Assembly (NCBI GenBank): GCA_047602405.1
Contig: JASGHJ010000001.1
Location: 1,984,001-2,048,000, forward strand
DNA from: Anaeromyxobacteraceae bacterium
GTDB lineage: Bacteria > Myxococcota > Myxococcia > Myxococcales > Anaeromyxobacteraceae
DNA: 64,000 nucleotides
Direction of reading: 5' to 3'
The position numbers and the translations under genes are program-made. Positions 18,101-28,923 of this stretch are shown here, piece by piece (the first letter of the stretch is position 1; every line of letters starts with the position of its first letter). The notes beneath the pieces are model-generated. The model made no database searches. It was not told the origin of the DNA and saw only the letters and a list, made by a program, of their open reading frames with translations.

Positions 18101-19522
18101 TCAGGGCGGCAGGAGCTGCGTCGACGAGACGAGGCGCTCGAGCGCGGCGCGCTCGCGGCGGCGCACCGGCCCGACCACCACGGCGACGAGGTTCCGGCGC
18201 CGGAAGGTCTCCCTCGCGATGCGCTGCAGGTCGGCGGGCGTGACGCGCTCCACGCGGCGGCAACGCTCCTCGAAGCCCTCGGGCGACGAGAGCACCTCGC
18301 CGGCGCCGTACCAGCCGGCGAGGTCCGAGGCGCTGTCGAGCGAGAACGCGAGCGTCATGCGGTGCCGGCGCTGCACGCGCAGGAGCTCCTCCTCGGGCAC
18401 CGGCTTCTCGCAGAGCTCGCCGAGCACGCGCAGCACCTCGGTCATGACGAGCGTGAGCTTCCGCGGCGCGCAGGCCCCGTCGATCACGTGCATGCCCGCG
18501 TCGACGAACGTGTCGATGCCGGCGTGCAGCGAGTAGGCGAGGCCGCGCCGCTCGACCACCTCGAACGGCAGCCGGGACGAGAGCCCGTCGTCGAGGATCC
18601 GCCGGATGCAGAGGTGCACCGGGTAGTCGGGGTGGCGCTCGGGCGGGCAGGGGAAGGAGATCGAGAACTCCGCCTGCGCGTCGTCGTGGTCGACGAGCTC
18701 GAGCCGCCCGCCGTCCGGCCAGGGCGGCGGCAAGACGTCGGCGGAGGCGCGGCCGCGCGGGATCGCGCCGAGCCACCGGTCGGCGAGCGCCTCGACCTCG
18801 TCGGGCCGCACCGGGCCGGCCACCGCGAGCACGAGGTTCGCGCCGCCGTAGAAGCGGGCGTGGTGCTCGCGCATGTCGCGGCGGGAGAGGCGCCGCACGT
18901 TGTCGCCGGTGCCGGCGATCTTGAAGCCGAGCGGGTGCGCGCCGAAGACGATGCGCTTCGAGAGGTTGTCGGGGTCGATGTCCCGCCCGTCGGCGTCGAC
19001 CTCGTCGAGGATCTCCTCGAGGATCACCTCGCGCTCCACGTCGAGCTCGCGCAGGAGGGGGCGGCGCACCAGGTCGCCGAGCACCTCGAGGCCGGTGCCG
19101 ATCTCGCCGGGGTGGATGGGCGTGAAGTAGCAGCCGTGGTCGCGGGCGGTGATGCCGTTGAGCGACCCGCCGGCGCTCTCGACCGCCGCGTTCATCGCGA
19201 CCGTGTCGGGCCAGCCCACCGAGCCGCGGAAGAACAGGTGCTCGAGGAAGTGCGAGACGCCGTTTCGCGCGGCGTCCTCGTGGCGCGAGCCGGCGCGCAC
19301 GTAGAGGGCGATCATCGCGGAGTGCAGCCCGCGCGCGGGCGAGGTGATCACGCGCAGGCCGTTCGGCAGCACCGCGCGCCGGACCTCGCCCCACCGCTCG
19401 GTGGGGCGCGAGCGGGCGGTGTCGCGGGCGGGCTTGCGGGGCTGCGGCTCCGCCCGGAAGCGGGTGAGGGCCTTGCGGGGCGAGGCGCGCTTGCGCCGGA
19501 TGGGGCTGCCGAGGAGCCTCAC
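18101..19522 (-). CDS. M16-family (pitrilysin/insulinase) zinc peptidase
   Basis: LPNGLRV, GSRHE, HFLEH inverted zincin motif; start uncertain. Confidence 0.9.
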   Translation of the reverse strand: MRLLGSPIRRKRASPRKALTRFRAEPQPRKPARDTARSRPTERWGEVRRAVLPNGLRVITSPARGLHSAMIALYVRAGSRHEDAARNGVSHFLEHLFFRGSVGWPDTVAMNAAVESAGGSLNGITARDHGCYFTPIHPGEIGTGLEVLGDLVRRPLLRELDVEREVILEEILDEVDADGRDIDPDNLSKRIVFGAHPLGFKIAGTGDNVRRLSRRDMREHHARFYGGANLVLAVAGPVRPDEVEALADRWLGAIPRGRASADVLPPPWPDGGRLELVDHDDAQAEFSISFPCPPERHPDYPVHLCIRRILDDGLSSRLPFEVVERRGLAYSLHAGIDTFVDAGMHVIDGACAPRKLTLVMTEVLRVLGELCEKPVPEEELLRVQRRHRMTLAFSLDSASDLAGWYGAGEVLSSPEGFEERCRRVERVTPADLQRIARETFRRRNLVAVVVGPVRRRERAALERLVSSTQLLPP

Positions 19523-19524
19523 GC

Positions 19525-21143
19525 TCAGCCCCCGGCGTCCTGGGATGCGACGGCGCCGAGGCCGGGGGCCTTGCCCCCGACGTCCCGAGGTGCGTCGGCG
19601 CCGAGGTCGGGGGCCGCCCCCGGCAGGCGGATCGTGAAGGTCGTCCCGCGTCCGACCTCGCTGTCGCAGCGAATGGTCCCGCCGTGCTGCACCACCACCT
19701 CCCGCACGTACGCGAGGCCGAGCCCCGTGCCGCGCTCCTTGGTCGAGTAGAACGGCTCGAAGATGCGCGTCAGGTCACCCGCGGGGATGCCCCCGCCGGT
19801 ATCCGAAAGCCGGACCTCGACGCCCCCCGGCCCGTCTCCCGCCCGGCCGCCCGCCGGCTCCGGCCGGGCCACCGCCGTGACGGTGCCCCCGCCGGGCATC
19901 GCCTCGCGGCTGTTGCGCACGAGGTTCAGGAACACCGCGCGGAGCTGGCCCTCGTCGGCCCGCACGGGCGGCAGGCCCGGGGCGAGCTCGCGGCGGACCT
20001 CCACCTTCGCGGCCGAGAGCTCGGGCCCCAGGAAGTCGAGCAGGCCGCCGAGCACCTCCGCGACGTCGACGCGCGCCGCGGAGGCGCGCGGGGGGCGCGA
20101 GAAGCGCAGGTACTCCTCGGCGACCGCGTCGAGCCGGTCCACCTCGCGGGAGATGGCCGCCACGAGGCCGAGCGCCTCCTTCGGCGGCGCGGGCAGCTGC
20201 GCGAGCTCCTCGGCGAGGAGCTCGGCGTTGAGCCCCATCGCGTTCAAGGGGTTGCGGATCTCGTGGGTGATTCTGGGCGGAGATGCGCCCGACCGCCGCG
20301 AGGCGCTCGGCCCGGCGGAGGTCGTCGCGCTGGCGGGAGAGGGAGGCGGCCATGGCGTTGAACTCGCGCGCGAGGACGCCGAGCTCGTCGGCGCTTCGCG
20401 GCTCCTCCACGCTGCGCCCGAGATTGCCGGACGCCACCGCCTTCACCCCCTCGGTGAGCACCTGGATCGGGGCGAGCAGGCGCTGGGCCACGAGCGCCGC
20501 GCCCACGCCGATGGCGAGCGCGAGCAGGGAGTACAGGACGATGAGGACGACCGTGCGGCCTTCGGCCCGCTCGGCCGCCTGCACCCGGTCGCCGATCTGG
20601 CTCTCGAGCGAGGCCTGCAGGAGCTTCACGTCGAGGGTGAGCCCGCGCTCCATGCCCTTCAGCGTCGCGGCCCGCGCCTCGAGCGCCCCGGGCGCGAGGT
20701 CTCCCTGCTCGAGGGCGTCGAAGAGTCGCGTTCGCCTCGCGGTCGTACTCGGCCCAGCGGCGCGCGAGCGCGTCGAGCCGGTCGGAGACCTCCCCGAGGA
20801 ACCGGGCGTCCCCCTCGCGGGCGAACGCGCGGGCCGCCTCGGCGACCGCCCGCCCCTCGGCGAGCTGCTCCTTCACGAAGGCCGGGAAGTGCGCCCGGGC
20901 GACCGGCAGGTAGGCGCGCCGGGCGGCGGGGTCGAGCCCGCGCGCCTCCACCGCCCGGGCGGCCACCCAGTCCTTGACCTCCAGCTGGGCCGCGACGCGG
21001 GTGAGCGGGAGGTAGCCGGAGGAGAGCAGGCGCAGGTCGCGCCGGGCCTCGTGCAGGCGCGCGATCGCGAACGCCGCGACCGCCGCGAAGGCGACGAGCG
21101 CGACGGCGAAGGCGAGGAAGATCTTGGTGGCGACGCGGCGCAT
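19525..21143 (-). CDS. Membrane sensor histidine kinase with HAMP (+1 frameshifts near 20726 and 20271)
   Basis: Two TM segments, DELGVLAREFNAM, restored AQITHEIRNPL H-box, NLVRNS, DTGGGI, GTGLGL. Confidence 0.88.
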
Positions 21144-21257
21144 GACCGGGATCACGGAACATACTCGACCGGGCTCCTGCGCGCTTCCCAGGACCCCTTC
21201 GGCTGGTGTACGAGATTCCCCTTTCCAGTCGCAGTTTTCCCCGGAGCCTCTACTTCC

Positions 21258-22073
21258 ATGACCGGCCTTCTCGCCTTCGTCGCCCTCGTCGCGGTCCTCG
21301 CCGCGATCGGCTTCTTCCTCGTCCTGCGCACCGCCCGCGCGGAGCTCACCGCCCTCTCCGGGAAGCAGGGCGCGATCGCCTCGGACGCGGAGGCCGCGAA
21401 GAAGGCCGCCGCGGAGGCGCGCGCGGAGGCGAAGGAGCAGCGGGAGCAGGCCCAGGCGCTCAAGGCCGACCTGGAGCGGGCGAAGCGGAAGGCGTTCGAG
21501 CAGGCCGAGGCCGCGAAGAAGGCCGGCGGCGCCGCCGCGCTGCGCGAGGAGCTCGACAAGGTCGCCGGCCGCCTCGCCGAGGCGCGCGCCGAGGCCGACC
21601 ACCAGGCCGCCCTCGTGAAGGCGGCCCAGAAGGACCTCGAGAAGGCGAACGCCGAGATCGCCGCGCTGAAGGCCCGCCCGGCCCCGGCGCCGATCGTCGT
21701 CACCGCGCCCGCCCCGACCGACGAGGCGGTCGCCGCCGCCGCGGCCGAGGCCGCCGCGAAGCTCGCCGCCGAGAAGGACCGCGCCGACAAGGCCGAGGCG
21801 AAGCTCACCGAGGCGAAGAAGAAGCTCGCCGACGCCGAGAAGGAGGCGAAGGCGGCCCGCGGCCGGCTCGAGACCGAGAAGCGGCTCTACGTGATGCAGA
21901 AGGGCGAGCTCGACCTCGCGGCCGACCGCTACGCCGAGCTCAAGCGCCGCAACGACCAGCTCCGCAAGGACCACGACGAGCTCATCGAGGCGGTCCGCCA
22001 GGCGGCGCGCGAGGAGCGCGCCCGGGAGAAGGCGGCCACGACGGCCCCGGCCGCCGACGCCGGGAAGGCGTAG
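21258..22073 (+). CDS. Membrane-anchored coiled-coil protein
   Basis: N-terminal TM helix then A/E/K-rich heptads. Confidence 0.75.
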   Translation: MTGLLAFVALVAVLAAIGFFLVLRTARAELTALSGKQGAIASDAEAAKKAAAEARAEAKEQREQAQALKADLERAKRKAFEQAEAAKKAGGAAALREELDKVAGRLAEARAEADHQAALVKAAQKDLEKANAEIAALKARPAPAPIVVTAPAPTDEAVAAAAAEAAAKLAAEKDRADKAEAKLTEAKKKLADAEKEAKAARGRLETEKRLYVMQKGELDLAADRYAELKRRNDQLRKDHDELIEAVRQAAREERAREKAATTAPAADAGKA

Positions 22074-22074
22074 C

Positions 22075-22731
22075 TCAGGCCTGCGGGGACTCGCCGGTCG
22101 CCGCCGCCTCTGCGGCGGCGAGCAGCTTGTAGAGCGGCGCCAGATCGCGGAACACGCCGAGGAGGTCCCCGAGCGCGATGCTGCGGGCGTCCTCGCGCGG
22201 CCACGAGACGCCGACGTCGAAGCCGTCCCGGTCCGGCGCGAGCTCGTCGCCGAGCTCGATCCAGAACGCGGCCGAGTGCGCGGGCGCGAGCTCCGGCAGC
22301 TCCTCGAAGTTCCAGCCGTGGAACGCGCGCAGGCGGCGGAAGGGCTTCCCCTTGCGCGCGAGGTTCGCGGCCTCGCGCTCGAGCGCGGCGCGCATCGCGG
22401 CCCGCCGGGGCGAGTCGCCGCGCACGGCGACCCGGGCGTGGAGGTGATCCCGCGTCGCGACGATCCCGAGGTGCGGCACGCCGCGGATGCCCTTGGGCGT
22501 GTCGGAGAACGCGACCCGCACCTCCTCGGGGGCGACGCCCTTGCGGCGCGGCGGCTTCACGGGGTGCAGGAGCAGCGGGCGGCCGACGACCCGCCCCAGC
22601 CCGGAGAGGCAACCCTCCCCGAGCGTCACGAGCCTGGGCATGAGCTGCCCCTCGAGCGCGATGGTGCGCTCGTCCGGGTCGGTGATCCCGAACAGCCCGA
22701 AGTCGGACGGCGTGAGGCCGAGCCCTGCCAT
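22075..22731 (-). CDS. DUF1054/YktB-like protein
   Basis: LTPSDFGLF.I...ER; VAFS..PKGIRGVPHL resembles the DUF1054 pattern. Confidence 0.55.
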   Translation of the reverse strand: MAGLGLTPSDFGLFGITDPDERTIALEGQLMPRLVTLGEGCLSGLGRVVGRPLLLHPVKPPRRKGVAPEEVRVAFSDTPKGIRGVPHLGIVATRDHLHARVAVRGDSPRRAAMRAALEREAANLARKGKPFRRLRAFHGWNFEELPELAPAHSAAFWIELGDELAPDRDGFDVGVSWPREDARSIALGDLLGVFRDLAPLYKLLAAAEAAATGESPQA

Positions 22732-22839
22732 CGCCTGTAGCTCCTGCGCCCGGTGGGGTGGCCATCGTAGCACGGGTCCCGCGCGGCTCGGGTACGGGCC
22801 CGGTTGACGGCCCGGGCGGTGTCTGACAGGTTCCGCCCC

Positions 22840-23850
22840 GTGCAGAAGGATCAGCGCCTGCTCGACCTCGCGGCGCTCCTGCTCAAGGCCGCCGAACCGG
22901 TTTCCTGGAGGGAGATCCAGGAGCAGTTCCCGGAGGACTACGCCGGGACGGGCGAGGCCGCGATCAGGAAGTTCGAACGCGACAAGGCCGATCTCCTGGA
23001 GCTGGGGATCCCGGTCCGGTACGCCGCGGGCGACGAGGACCTGCCGGCCGGGTACGTCATCGACAAGGACGAGTTCTACCTGCCGGACCTGAAACTCCCT
23101 CCGGAGGATCTCGCGCTCCTGTACCTCGCCGGGTCGGCCGCGCTCGCGCGCGGGAGCTTCCCGTACGCCCGCGACCTCGCGCACGCGCTCAACAAGCTCT
23201 CGTTCGCGGCCCGCGCCCCGGGCGCCTCCGAGGCCGCCGCCCTCGGCGCGCGCCTCTCCGCGGAGGAGGACCAGGACGGCGCGGCGGTGATGGCGGTGCG
23301 GGTGGAGGAGCTCTCCCGGGCCATCGCGCACAAGAAGCGGGTCCACCTCGTCTACGAGGGCGCCGAGCGCCGGCAGCCCACCGAGCGCGACGTGGATCCC
23401 TACGGCCTCTACCAGCAGGGCGGCGCCTGGCTGCTCGTCGGCCACTGCCACCTGCGCGACGCCCTGCGCACGTTCCACCTCTCCCGCATGCAGTCGCTCG
23501 TGGTGAACCCGGCCGCGCCGCGCACGCCCGACTTCGCGCCGCCGGCCCGCTTCTCGCTCGCCGAGCACGCGCAGCAGGATCCCTGGGAGTACCGGAAGCA
23601 CGCCCCCGTGAAGGCGAAGGTCGGCCTCGACCCGACGGTGGGCGCCGAGGTGCTCGCCTCGTTCGGCGAGCGGGCGCGCACGAAGGAGGACCCGAAGCAC
23701 GGCATCGTCGTGGAGCTCGAGGTGACGAACCTCGACGGGCTCCTGCGCCACGTGCTCGCGCTCGGGGACCAGGCCGAGGCGCTCGCGCCGAAGGAGCTGC
23801 GCGACCGGGCCCGGGCCGCCCTCGCCGGCCTCGCGCAGAGGAGCGCGTGA
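22840..23850 (+). CDS. HTH-WYL transcriptional regulator, PafB-like
   Basis: RKFERDKADLLELGIPV, GYVID, RDVDPYGL...WLLVGHC, RTFHLSRM. Confidence 0.9.
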   Translation: MQKDQRLLDLAALLLKAAEPVSWREIQEQFPEDYAGTGEAAIRKFERDKADLLELGIPVRYAAGDEDLPAGYVIDKDEFYLPDLKLPPEDLALLYLAGSAALARGSFPYARDLAHALNKLSFAARAPGASEAAALGARLSAEEDQDGAAVMAVRVEELSRAIAHKKRVHLVYEGAERRQPTERDVDPYGLYQQGGAWLLVGHCHLRDALRTFHLSRMQSLVVNPAAPRTPDFAPPARFSLAEHAQQDPWEYRKHAPVKAKVGLDPTVGAEVLASFGERARTKEDPKHGIVVELEVTNLDGLLRHVLALGDQAEALAPKELRDRARAALAGLAQRSA

Positions 23851-24896
23851 CCGCGGCCCGGAAGAAGAGGCCGGCCGCGGCCAGGAAGCCCGTCGCCGCG
23901 CCCCGCGCGGCACCGGCGGCCGCGCCCACGCCGCGCCAGGCCCCGAAGACCACGCCCGCCCGCGATCCGCGCGACCGGCTGCGGCGCGTGCTGTTCCTCG
24001 TGCCCTACGCGGTCCGCCACCCGGGCATCCCGGTGCGCGACCTCGCCCGGCGCTGCAACTGCTCCGAGAAGGAGCTGCTCGAGGACCTCGACTTCCTGCT
24101 CGGCGTCGGCTCGCCGCCCTTCGCGCCGGACGACTTCCTCGACCTCTACGTCGAGGGCGACAAGGTGTACGTCGCCCTCCACCAGAGCTTCTCCCGGCCG
24201 CCCCGGTTCACCGAGAGCGAGGCCGCCGCGCTCGCCGCCGCGGCCCGCGCCCTCGGCGGCGACGGCTCGGGGCGGGCGCTGAAGGCGCTCCGGGACGCGG
24301 TGCCGCGCGACCGCCGCGCGAGCTTCGACGAGCTCGTGGACCGCATCTACGCCGGCGCGCCGCCGGCCCGCGACTCGGTGCTCGGCAAGCTCCACCGCGC
24401 CATCGCCGACCGCCGGGCCGTCGAGCTCGTGCACCGGGCCGCCTCCGGCGCCGAGACCGCGCGCGCGGTGCGCCCCTGGACGCTCGCCCAGCGGCTCGGC
24501 CACTGGTACCTCTACGGCGAGGACGTCGCGCAGGGCCGCGCGAAGGCGTTCCGGCTCGACCGCATCCGCGAGGTCACGGTGGGCGACGAGCGCTTCCAGG
24601 CGCCGACCGAGGCCGAGATGGCGAAGGCCCGACTCTTCTCGGATCCCCAGGGCGAGCCGGTGCGCGTCCGGGTGGGCGAGGACGTGGTCGCGTGGGCCGA
24701 GTCGCGGCCGGGCATCCGGCTCGTGCGGCGCGAGAAGGGCGAGGGCGCGGGGGCGGTCGTCGAGATCCCCGGCGCGTCGCCGGAGTGGGCCACCCGGTTC
24801 GCGCTCTCGCTCGGCGGCGACGCCGAGGTGATCGGCCCGCCCCAGGCGCGCCGGCACTTCGAGGATGTCGTGAAGAGGGCGCTGGGACGGTATTGA
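23847..24896 (+). CDS. HTH-WYL transcriptional regulator, PafC-like
   Basis: RLRRVLFLVPY..RHPG, RPPRFT..EA, VRPW....GHWYL, FRLDRI; GTGA overlap with the upstream gene. Confidence 0.9.
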   Translation: MTAARKKRPAAARKPVAAPRAAPAAAPTPRQAPKTTPARDPRDRLRRVLFLVPYAVRHPGIPVRDLARRCNCSEKELLEDLDFLLGVGSPPFAPDDFLDLYVEGDKVYVALHQSFSRPPRFTESEAAALAAAARALGGDGSGRALKALRDAVPRDRRASFDELVDRIYAGAPPARDSVLGKLHRAIADRRAVELVHRAASGAETARAVRPWTLAQRLGHWYLYGEDVAQGRAKAFRLDRIREVTVGDERFQAPTEAEMAKARLFSDPQGEPVRVRVGEDVVAWAESRPGIRLVRREKGEGAGAVVEIPGASPEWATRFALSLGGDAEVIGPPQARRHFEDVVKRALGRY

Positions 24897-25057
24897 AGCC
24901 GACCCTCCGGGGCAGGGTCCGGCCGCTGCCCCGCTCCTCACACGATCGAGGGGTGAGCCACCCAGGGGGTTCCCGATGTCCCGGGGCCGCGGGGCGGAAT
25001 CACTCGCTTTTTTCTCGGCACGGCGCGCGCAATCGATCGGGACCGGAGGAATCGTCC

Positions 25058-25423
25058 TTGGCGCGCGTGCTCATCTGCGACGACACCGAGATCGTGAGGA
25101 AGGCGCTCGAGCTCGCCGTCCGCCGGATGGGCCACGCCGCGGTCTCCACGGCCGACCCCGTCGAGGCGCTCGCGATGGCCGAGCGGGATCCGCCCGACCT
25201 CGCGGTGCTCGACTACCGCATGCCCGGCATGGACGGCGGCGAGCTCTTCCAGGCGATGGCGAGCGCGCTCGGCAGGCGGTGCCCGCGCGTGGTGATGGTG
25301 TCCGCCTCGCCGGTCGAGGACGTGAAGCGCGAGCTCGCGGCGTTCGGCGTGAGCGCTGCCCACGTGAAGAAGCCCTTCCACCTCGACGAGCTGCAGAAGG
25401 TGCTCCGCGAGCAGCTCGCGTAG
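25058..25423 (+). CDS. Single-domain response regulator
   Basis: LICDD, LDYRMPGMDG, KKPF; GGAGGA SD before TTG. Confidence 0.88.
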   Translation: MARVLICDDTEIVRKALELAVRRMGHAAVSTADPVEALAMAERDPPDLAVLDYRMPGMDGGELFQAMASALGRRCPRVVMVSASPVEDVKRELAAFGVSAAHVKKPFHLDELQKVLREQLA

Positions 25424-25563
25424 CGCCTGGTCGCGGCGCTCCGGCCGCGGATTCGACCCGCCGGCTGCGACGATCCGTCCGCCCGCTCCGGGGGGCGTCA
25501 ACGCTGGTTTCGAGGTCGGTCTTCTGCGAGTCTCCCCCCCGACAAGACGATCAGGGGGCAGCG

Positions 25564-26776
25564 ATGTCCAAGACGGACGTGGTGGTGGTCGGGGCGGGGG
25601 TGAGCGGGCTCGCGTTCGCGTGGAAGGCGGCGCAGGCCGGGCGCAAGGTCACCGTGCTCGAGCGCGAGCCGCGCATCGGCGGGTGCTTCCACTCCCACCG
25701 GAAGCCGGACGGCTTCTGGTTCGAGATGGGCGCCCACACCACCTACAACTCGTACGGCGGCTTCCTCGACATCGCGGTGGGCACCGGCGTCACGCCGCGG
25801 ATCCAGGAGCGCGGCCCGGCGCGCGCGGTGTTCGGCCTGCTGCGCAACGGCGAGTACCACTGGCTGACGCCGCCGAAGATCCTCCTGCAGCTCAACTGGC
25901 TCGAGGCCGCGGTCCATTTCCCGTTCAACTTCCTCCGGAAGAAGGACGGCGAGACCATCTACTCGTACTACTCGAAGCTGCTCGGCCGCCGGAACTACGA
26001 CCGCATCTTCTCGCCCTTCTTCGCGGCGGTGCCCTCGCAGAAGGCCGACGGTTTCCCGGTCGACGGGCCGGGCTCGCTCTTCAAGAAGCGCCCGCGCCGC
26101 AAGGAGTTCATCCGGAGCTTCGGCTTCGACGGCGGCATCCAGGTCGTCCTCGACGGGGCCGCCACGGCGCCCGGCGTGACGGTCGAGAAGGGCGTCGTCG
26201 CGACGTCGGTGCGGCGCGACGGGCGAGGCTTCAAGAATCACGGCCGCCGACGGCCGCACCTTCGAGGCGGACGTCGCCGCGATCGCCGCGACGGTGGACC
26301 AGGTGCCGGGGCTCGTGCAGGACGACTTCCACGAGCTCGCGAGCGTGGTCTCGCGCGTGAGCAGCGTGGTCGTGGAGAGCGTCGGCGTCGTCCTGCCGCG
26401 CGAGAAGTGCTGGATGCCGGAGTGCGCGTTCGTGATCCCGGTGGACGACGTCTTCCACTCGGCCGTCACCCGCGACCCGTTCCCGGATCCGGCCCGCCGG
26501 GCGTTCGCCTTCCACTTCAAGCCGGGCGTCTCGCGTCCCGACAAGCTCGCGCGGATGAGCGACGTGCTGAAGGTCCCCCAGGGCGAGCTCGGCGAGCTCG
26601 TCGAGCAGCGGCTCGTGCTGCCGTCGCCGGCGCTCGGTCACGATCGGATCGTCGCCGACGTGGACCGGGTGGTCGCGGGTGGTCGCCTCGCCGTCACCGG
26701 CAACTACTTCGACGGGCTCGCCATCGAGGACTGCGTGCAGCGCTCGTTCTCCGAGTGGGCGCGGGTTTCCGGGTAG
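25564..26776 (+). CDS. FAD-dependent oxidoreductase, HemY/protoporphyrinogen oxidase-like (+1 frameshift near 26236)
   Basis: GAGVSGL Rossmann, FEMGAHT, C-terminal TGNYFDGLAIEDCV. Confidence 0.8.
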
Positions 26777-26948
26777 GGCTCCGCGTTCCCACCCGCGGTG
26801 AGGGCGTGCGGCGGAGGGCGGCGATGTGCGCCGCCTCCGCACGTCACCTCAGCCTCGAAGGCGGCTATTCGAATTCCCGGCGCCGTGGGACCTTGTGCCC
26901 GTCCCTGGCGCCCACGACATTGGCGCGGGGGACTCTGGAGACCACGCC

Positions 26949-27696
26949 GTGATCGATCGCCACTCGAAGACCTCGCTCTTGCTCGCCGCGCTCTCGCTCG
27001 TCGCGCTGGGCGGCTGCAACCTCATGACCGCGCCCGCGTACAAGGAGCCCGCCGCGCAGAACGTCGAGGTCGCCGTCACGCCCGACGCGGCCACCGTCAA
27101 CGTGAACGAGACCGTGCCGTTCACGGCGACGGTCACCGGCGCCGCCGACACGACCGTCACCTGGTCGGCCACCTGCGGCTCCGTCACCGCCACCGGCGCG
27201 TTCACCGCGCCGGGCACCGCGGGCTCCTGCGTCGTCACCGCGAAGTCGAACGCCCAGCCCACCGCGACGGGCTCGGCGGTCGTCACCGTGTCCGCCACGC
27301 CGGTCCCGGTCGCCATCACGATCGACAAGCCGACCGCCTCGGCGGTCGCGTGCAAGACGGTCCAGTTCACCGCGACCGTCACCGGCGCCACCAACAAGGC
27401 CGTCACCTGGTCGGTGCAGGAGGGCGCGACGGGCGGCACGGTGAGCGCCGCCGGCCTCTACACCGCGCCGGACGGCGCCGGCACCTACCACGTGATCGCG
27501 ACGGCGGCGGCCGACACCACGAAGAAGGTGACCGCGACCGTCACCGTGACGACCCAGAATCGTGTCGGTGGCGGTGAGCCCGGCCACCGTCGAGGTCGCG
27601 CCCGGCGGGACGACCCAGCTCACCGCGACCGTCACGACGAGCTGCGGGACGTTCACCGCGTTCCGCACGCTGCACGGCGACGGCACCGTGGACTGA
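26949..27696 (+). CDS. Lipoprotein with bacterial Ig-like (Big_2-type) repeats (+1 frameshift near 27558)
   Basis: LGGC lipobox; repeated FTATVTGA...VTWS..G..GLYTAP. Confidence 0.82.
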
Positions 27697-27707
27697 AGTA
27701 CCGGGGG

Positions 27708-27760
27708 CGCTCGTCCCTCGACTCCGGCCCGCTTCGCGGGCCTACGCTCGGGATGAGCGG
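27708..27760 (+). repeat. Palindromic repeat family A, intergenic copy between convergent genes
   Basis: CGCTCGTCCC-TCGACTCC-GGCCCGC-TTC-GCGGGCC-TACGCTC-GGGATGAGCGG nested hairpin. Confidence 0.88.
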
Positions 27761-27775
27761 TCCCTTCCGTGGAGC

Positions 27776-28309
27776 TCAGCGGTGGTCGAGCGGGTGGCGC
27801 CACACGCTCGGGTGCAGCACGCACTCGACCTCGGCGCCGTCCGGCGCGTAGCCGGTCCGGCCGGCGAGCACCTCGGCGACGAACTCGAAGCCCATCCAGC
27901 GCGGGTCGCGGTGATCGGGGTCCCCGAGCACCGCGTGCCCGACCTCGTGCACCAGCACCGTCTGCTCGACGCAGTCGAAGGTGCCGGCGCCCGGGTCCCC
28001 CGTGACGACGCGGATCTCGTCGCGGGTGGTGCAGCCGAGGGCCCACCGGTCGCCGCAGCGGACCTCGCGCTCGTCGGTGAGCGTGACGGTCATGCCGTCG
28101 AGCGTGTCCCAGTCCCCGCCCCAGTAGCCGAGCGCGACCGCGAGCGTGGAGGAGACCCGGTCGCGAAGGTCCTGGCGGCCGGCGAACGGGGCCCCGGAGT
28201 CGACGACGACGCTGGCGCCGTGCACCTCGAACGCCGGCGCGGGCCGGTAGGGCGCCCCGCAGGCGGTCGCCAGGGCGACGAGCGAGAGCATGGAGAGGAT
28301 CCGCGACAC
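27776..28309 (-). CDS. Lipoprotein with HEXXH (zincin-like) motif
   Basis: LATAC lipobox; LVHEVGHAV. Confidence 0.72.
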   Translation of the reverse strand: MSRILSMLSLVALATACGAPYRPAPAFEVHGASVVVDSGAPFAGRQDLRDRVSSTLAVALGYWGGDWDTLDGMTVTLTDEREVRCGDRWALGCTTRDEIRVVTGDPGAGTFDCVEQTVLVHEVGHAVLGDPDHRDPRWMGFEFVAEVLAGRTGYAPDGAEVECVLHPSVWRHPLDHR

Positions 28310-28434
28310 CGGCTGCTCCGAACGGCTGAGGTGACCTCACGATAGGAGGTCCCCGGGACGTAGGGGAAGCACGGTGGGTGTGTGACGGGTGAACGCGGGA
28401 ACCCTGGCGGGTCCGGAGTTCCGGTTCTTCCGGT

Positions 28435-28923
28435 TCAGGGGGCCGGCGTGGCCCCGAGCCGTGCTCCGAGTCGAGCCGCGAGCGTCCGCGGGCGCAGGGC
28501 ACCCTCCGGCGCCACGAACACGGTGTCGTCGCCGGCGATCGTGCCGAGCACGCCCGCGAGGCCGGCGAGGTCGATCGCGCGGGCCACCGCGGGCGCGGCG
28601 CCGGGGCGCGTGCGCACCACGACCAGCGAGGCGTTCGCCTGCACGGTCGTCACCATGCCGCTCACGGCGGCGAGCGAATCGTCCGGCGCGGCGGGCGCGG
28701 CCTCGAGGCCCGCGTCGGGCTCGGCGCCGAGCTCGTAGATCGTCCCGCCCTGCGGGAGCGACACCCGGCGCGCGCCGAGCCGGGCGAGGTCGCGCGAGAG
28801 CGTCGCCTGCGTCGCGTCGAAGCCCGCGTCGCGGAGCGCCTCGAGGAGCTCCTCCTGCGTGCCGATCCGGCGCGGCGAGCGCAGGATGCGCGCCACCGCC
28901 TCGCGTCGCGCGATCGAGTTCAC
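28435..28923 (-). CDS. argR: Arginine repressor
   Basis: TQEELL..L...GF.ATQATLSRDL; GTIAGDDT. Confidence 0.95.
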   Translation of the reverse strand: MNSIARREAVARILRSPRRIGTQEELLEALRDAGFDATQATLSRDLARLGARRVSLPQGGTIYELGAEPDAGLEAAPAAPDDSLAAVSGMVTTVQANASLVVVRTRPGAAPAVARAIDLAGLAGVLGTIAGDDTVFVAPEGALRPRTLAARLGARLGATPAP

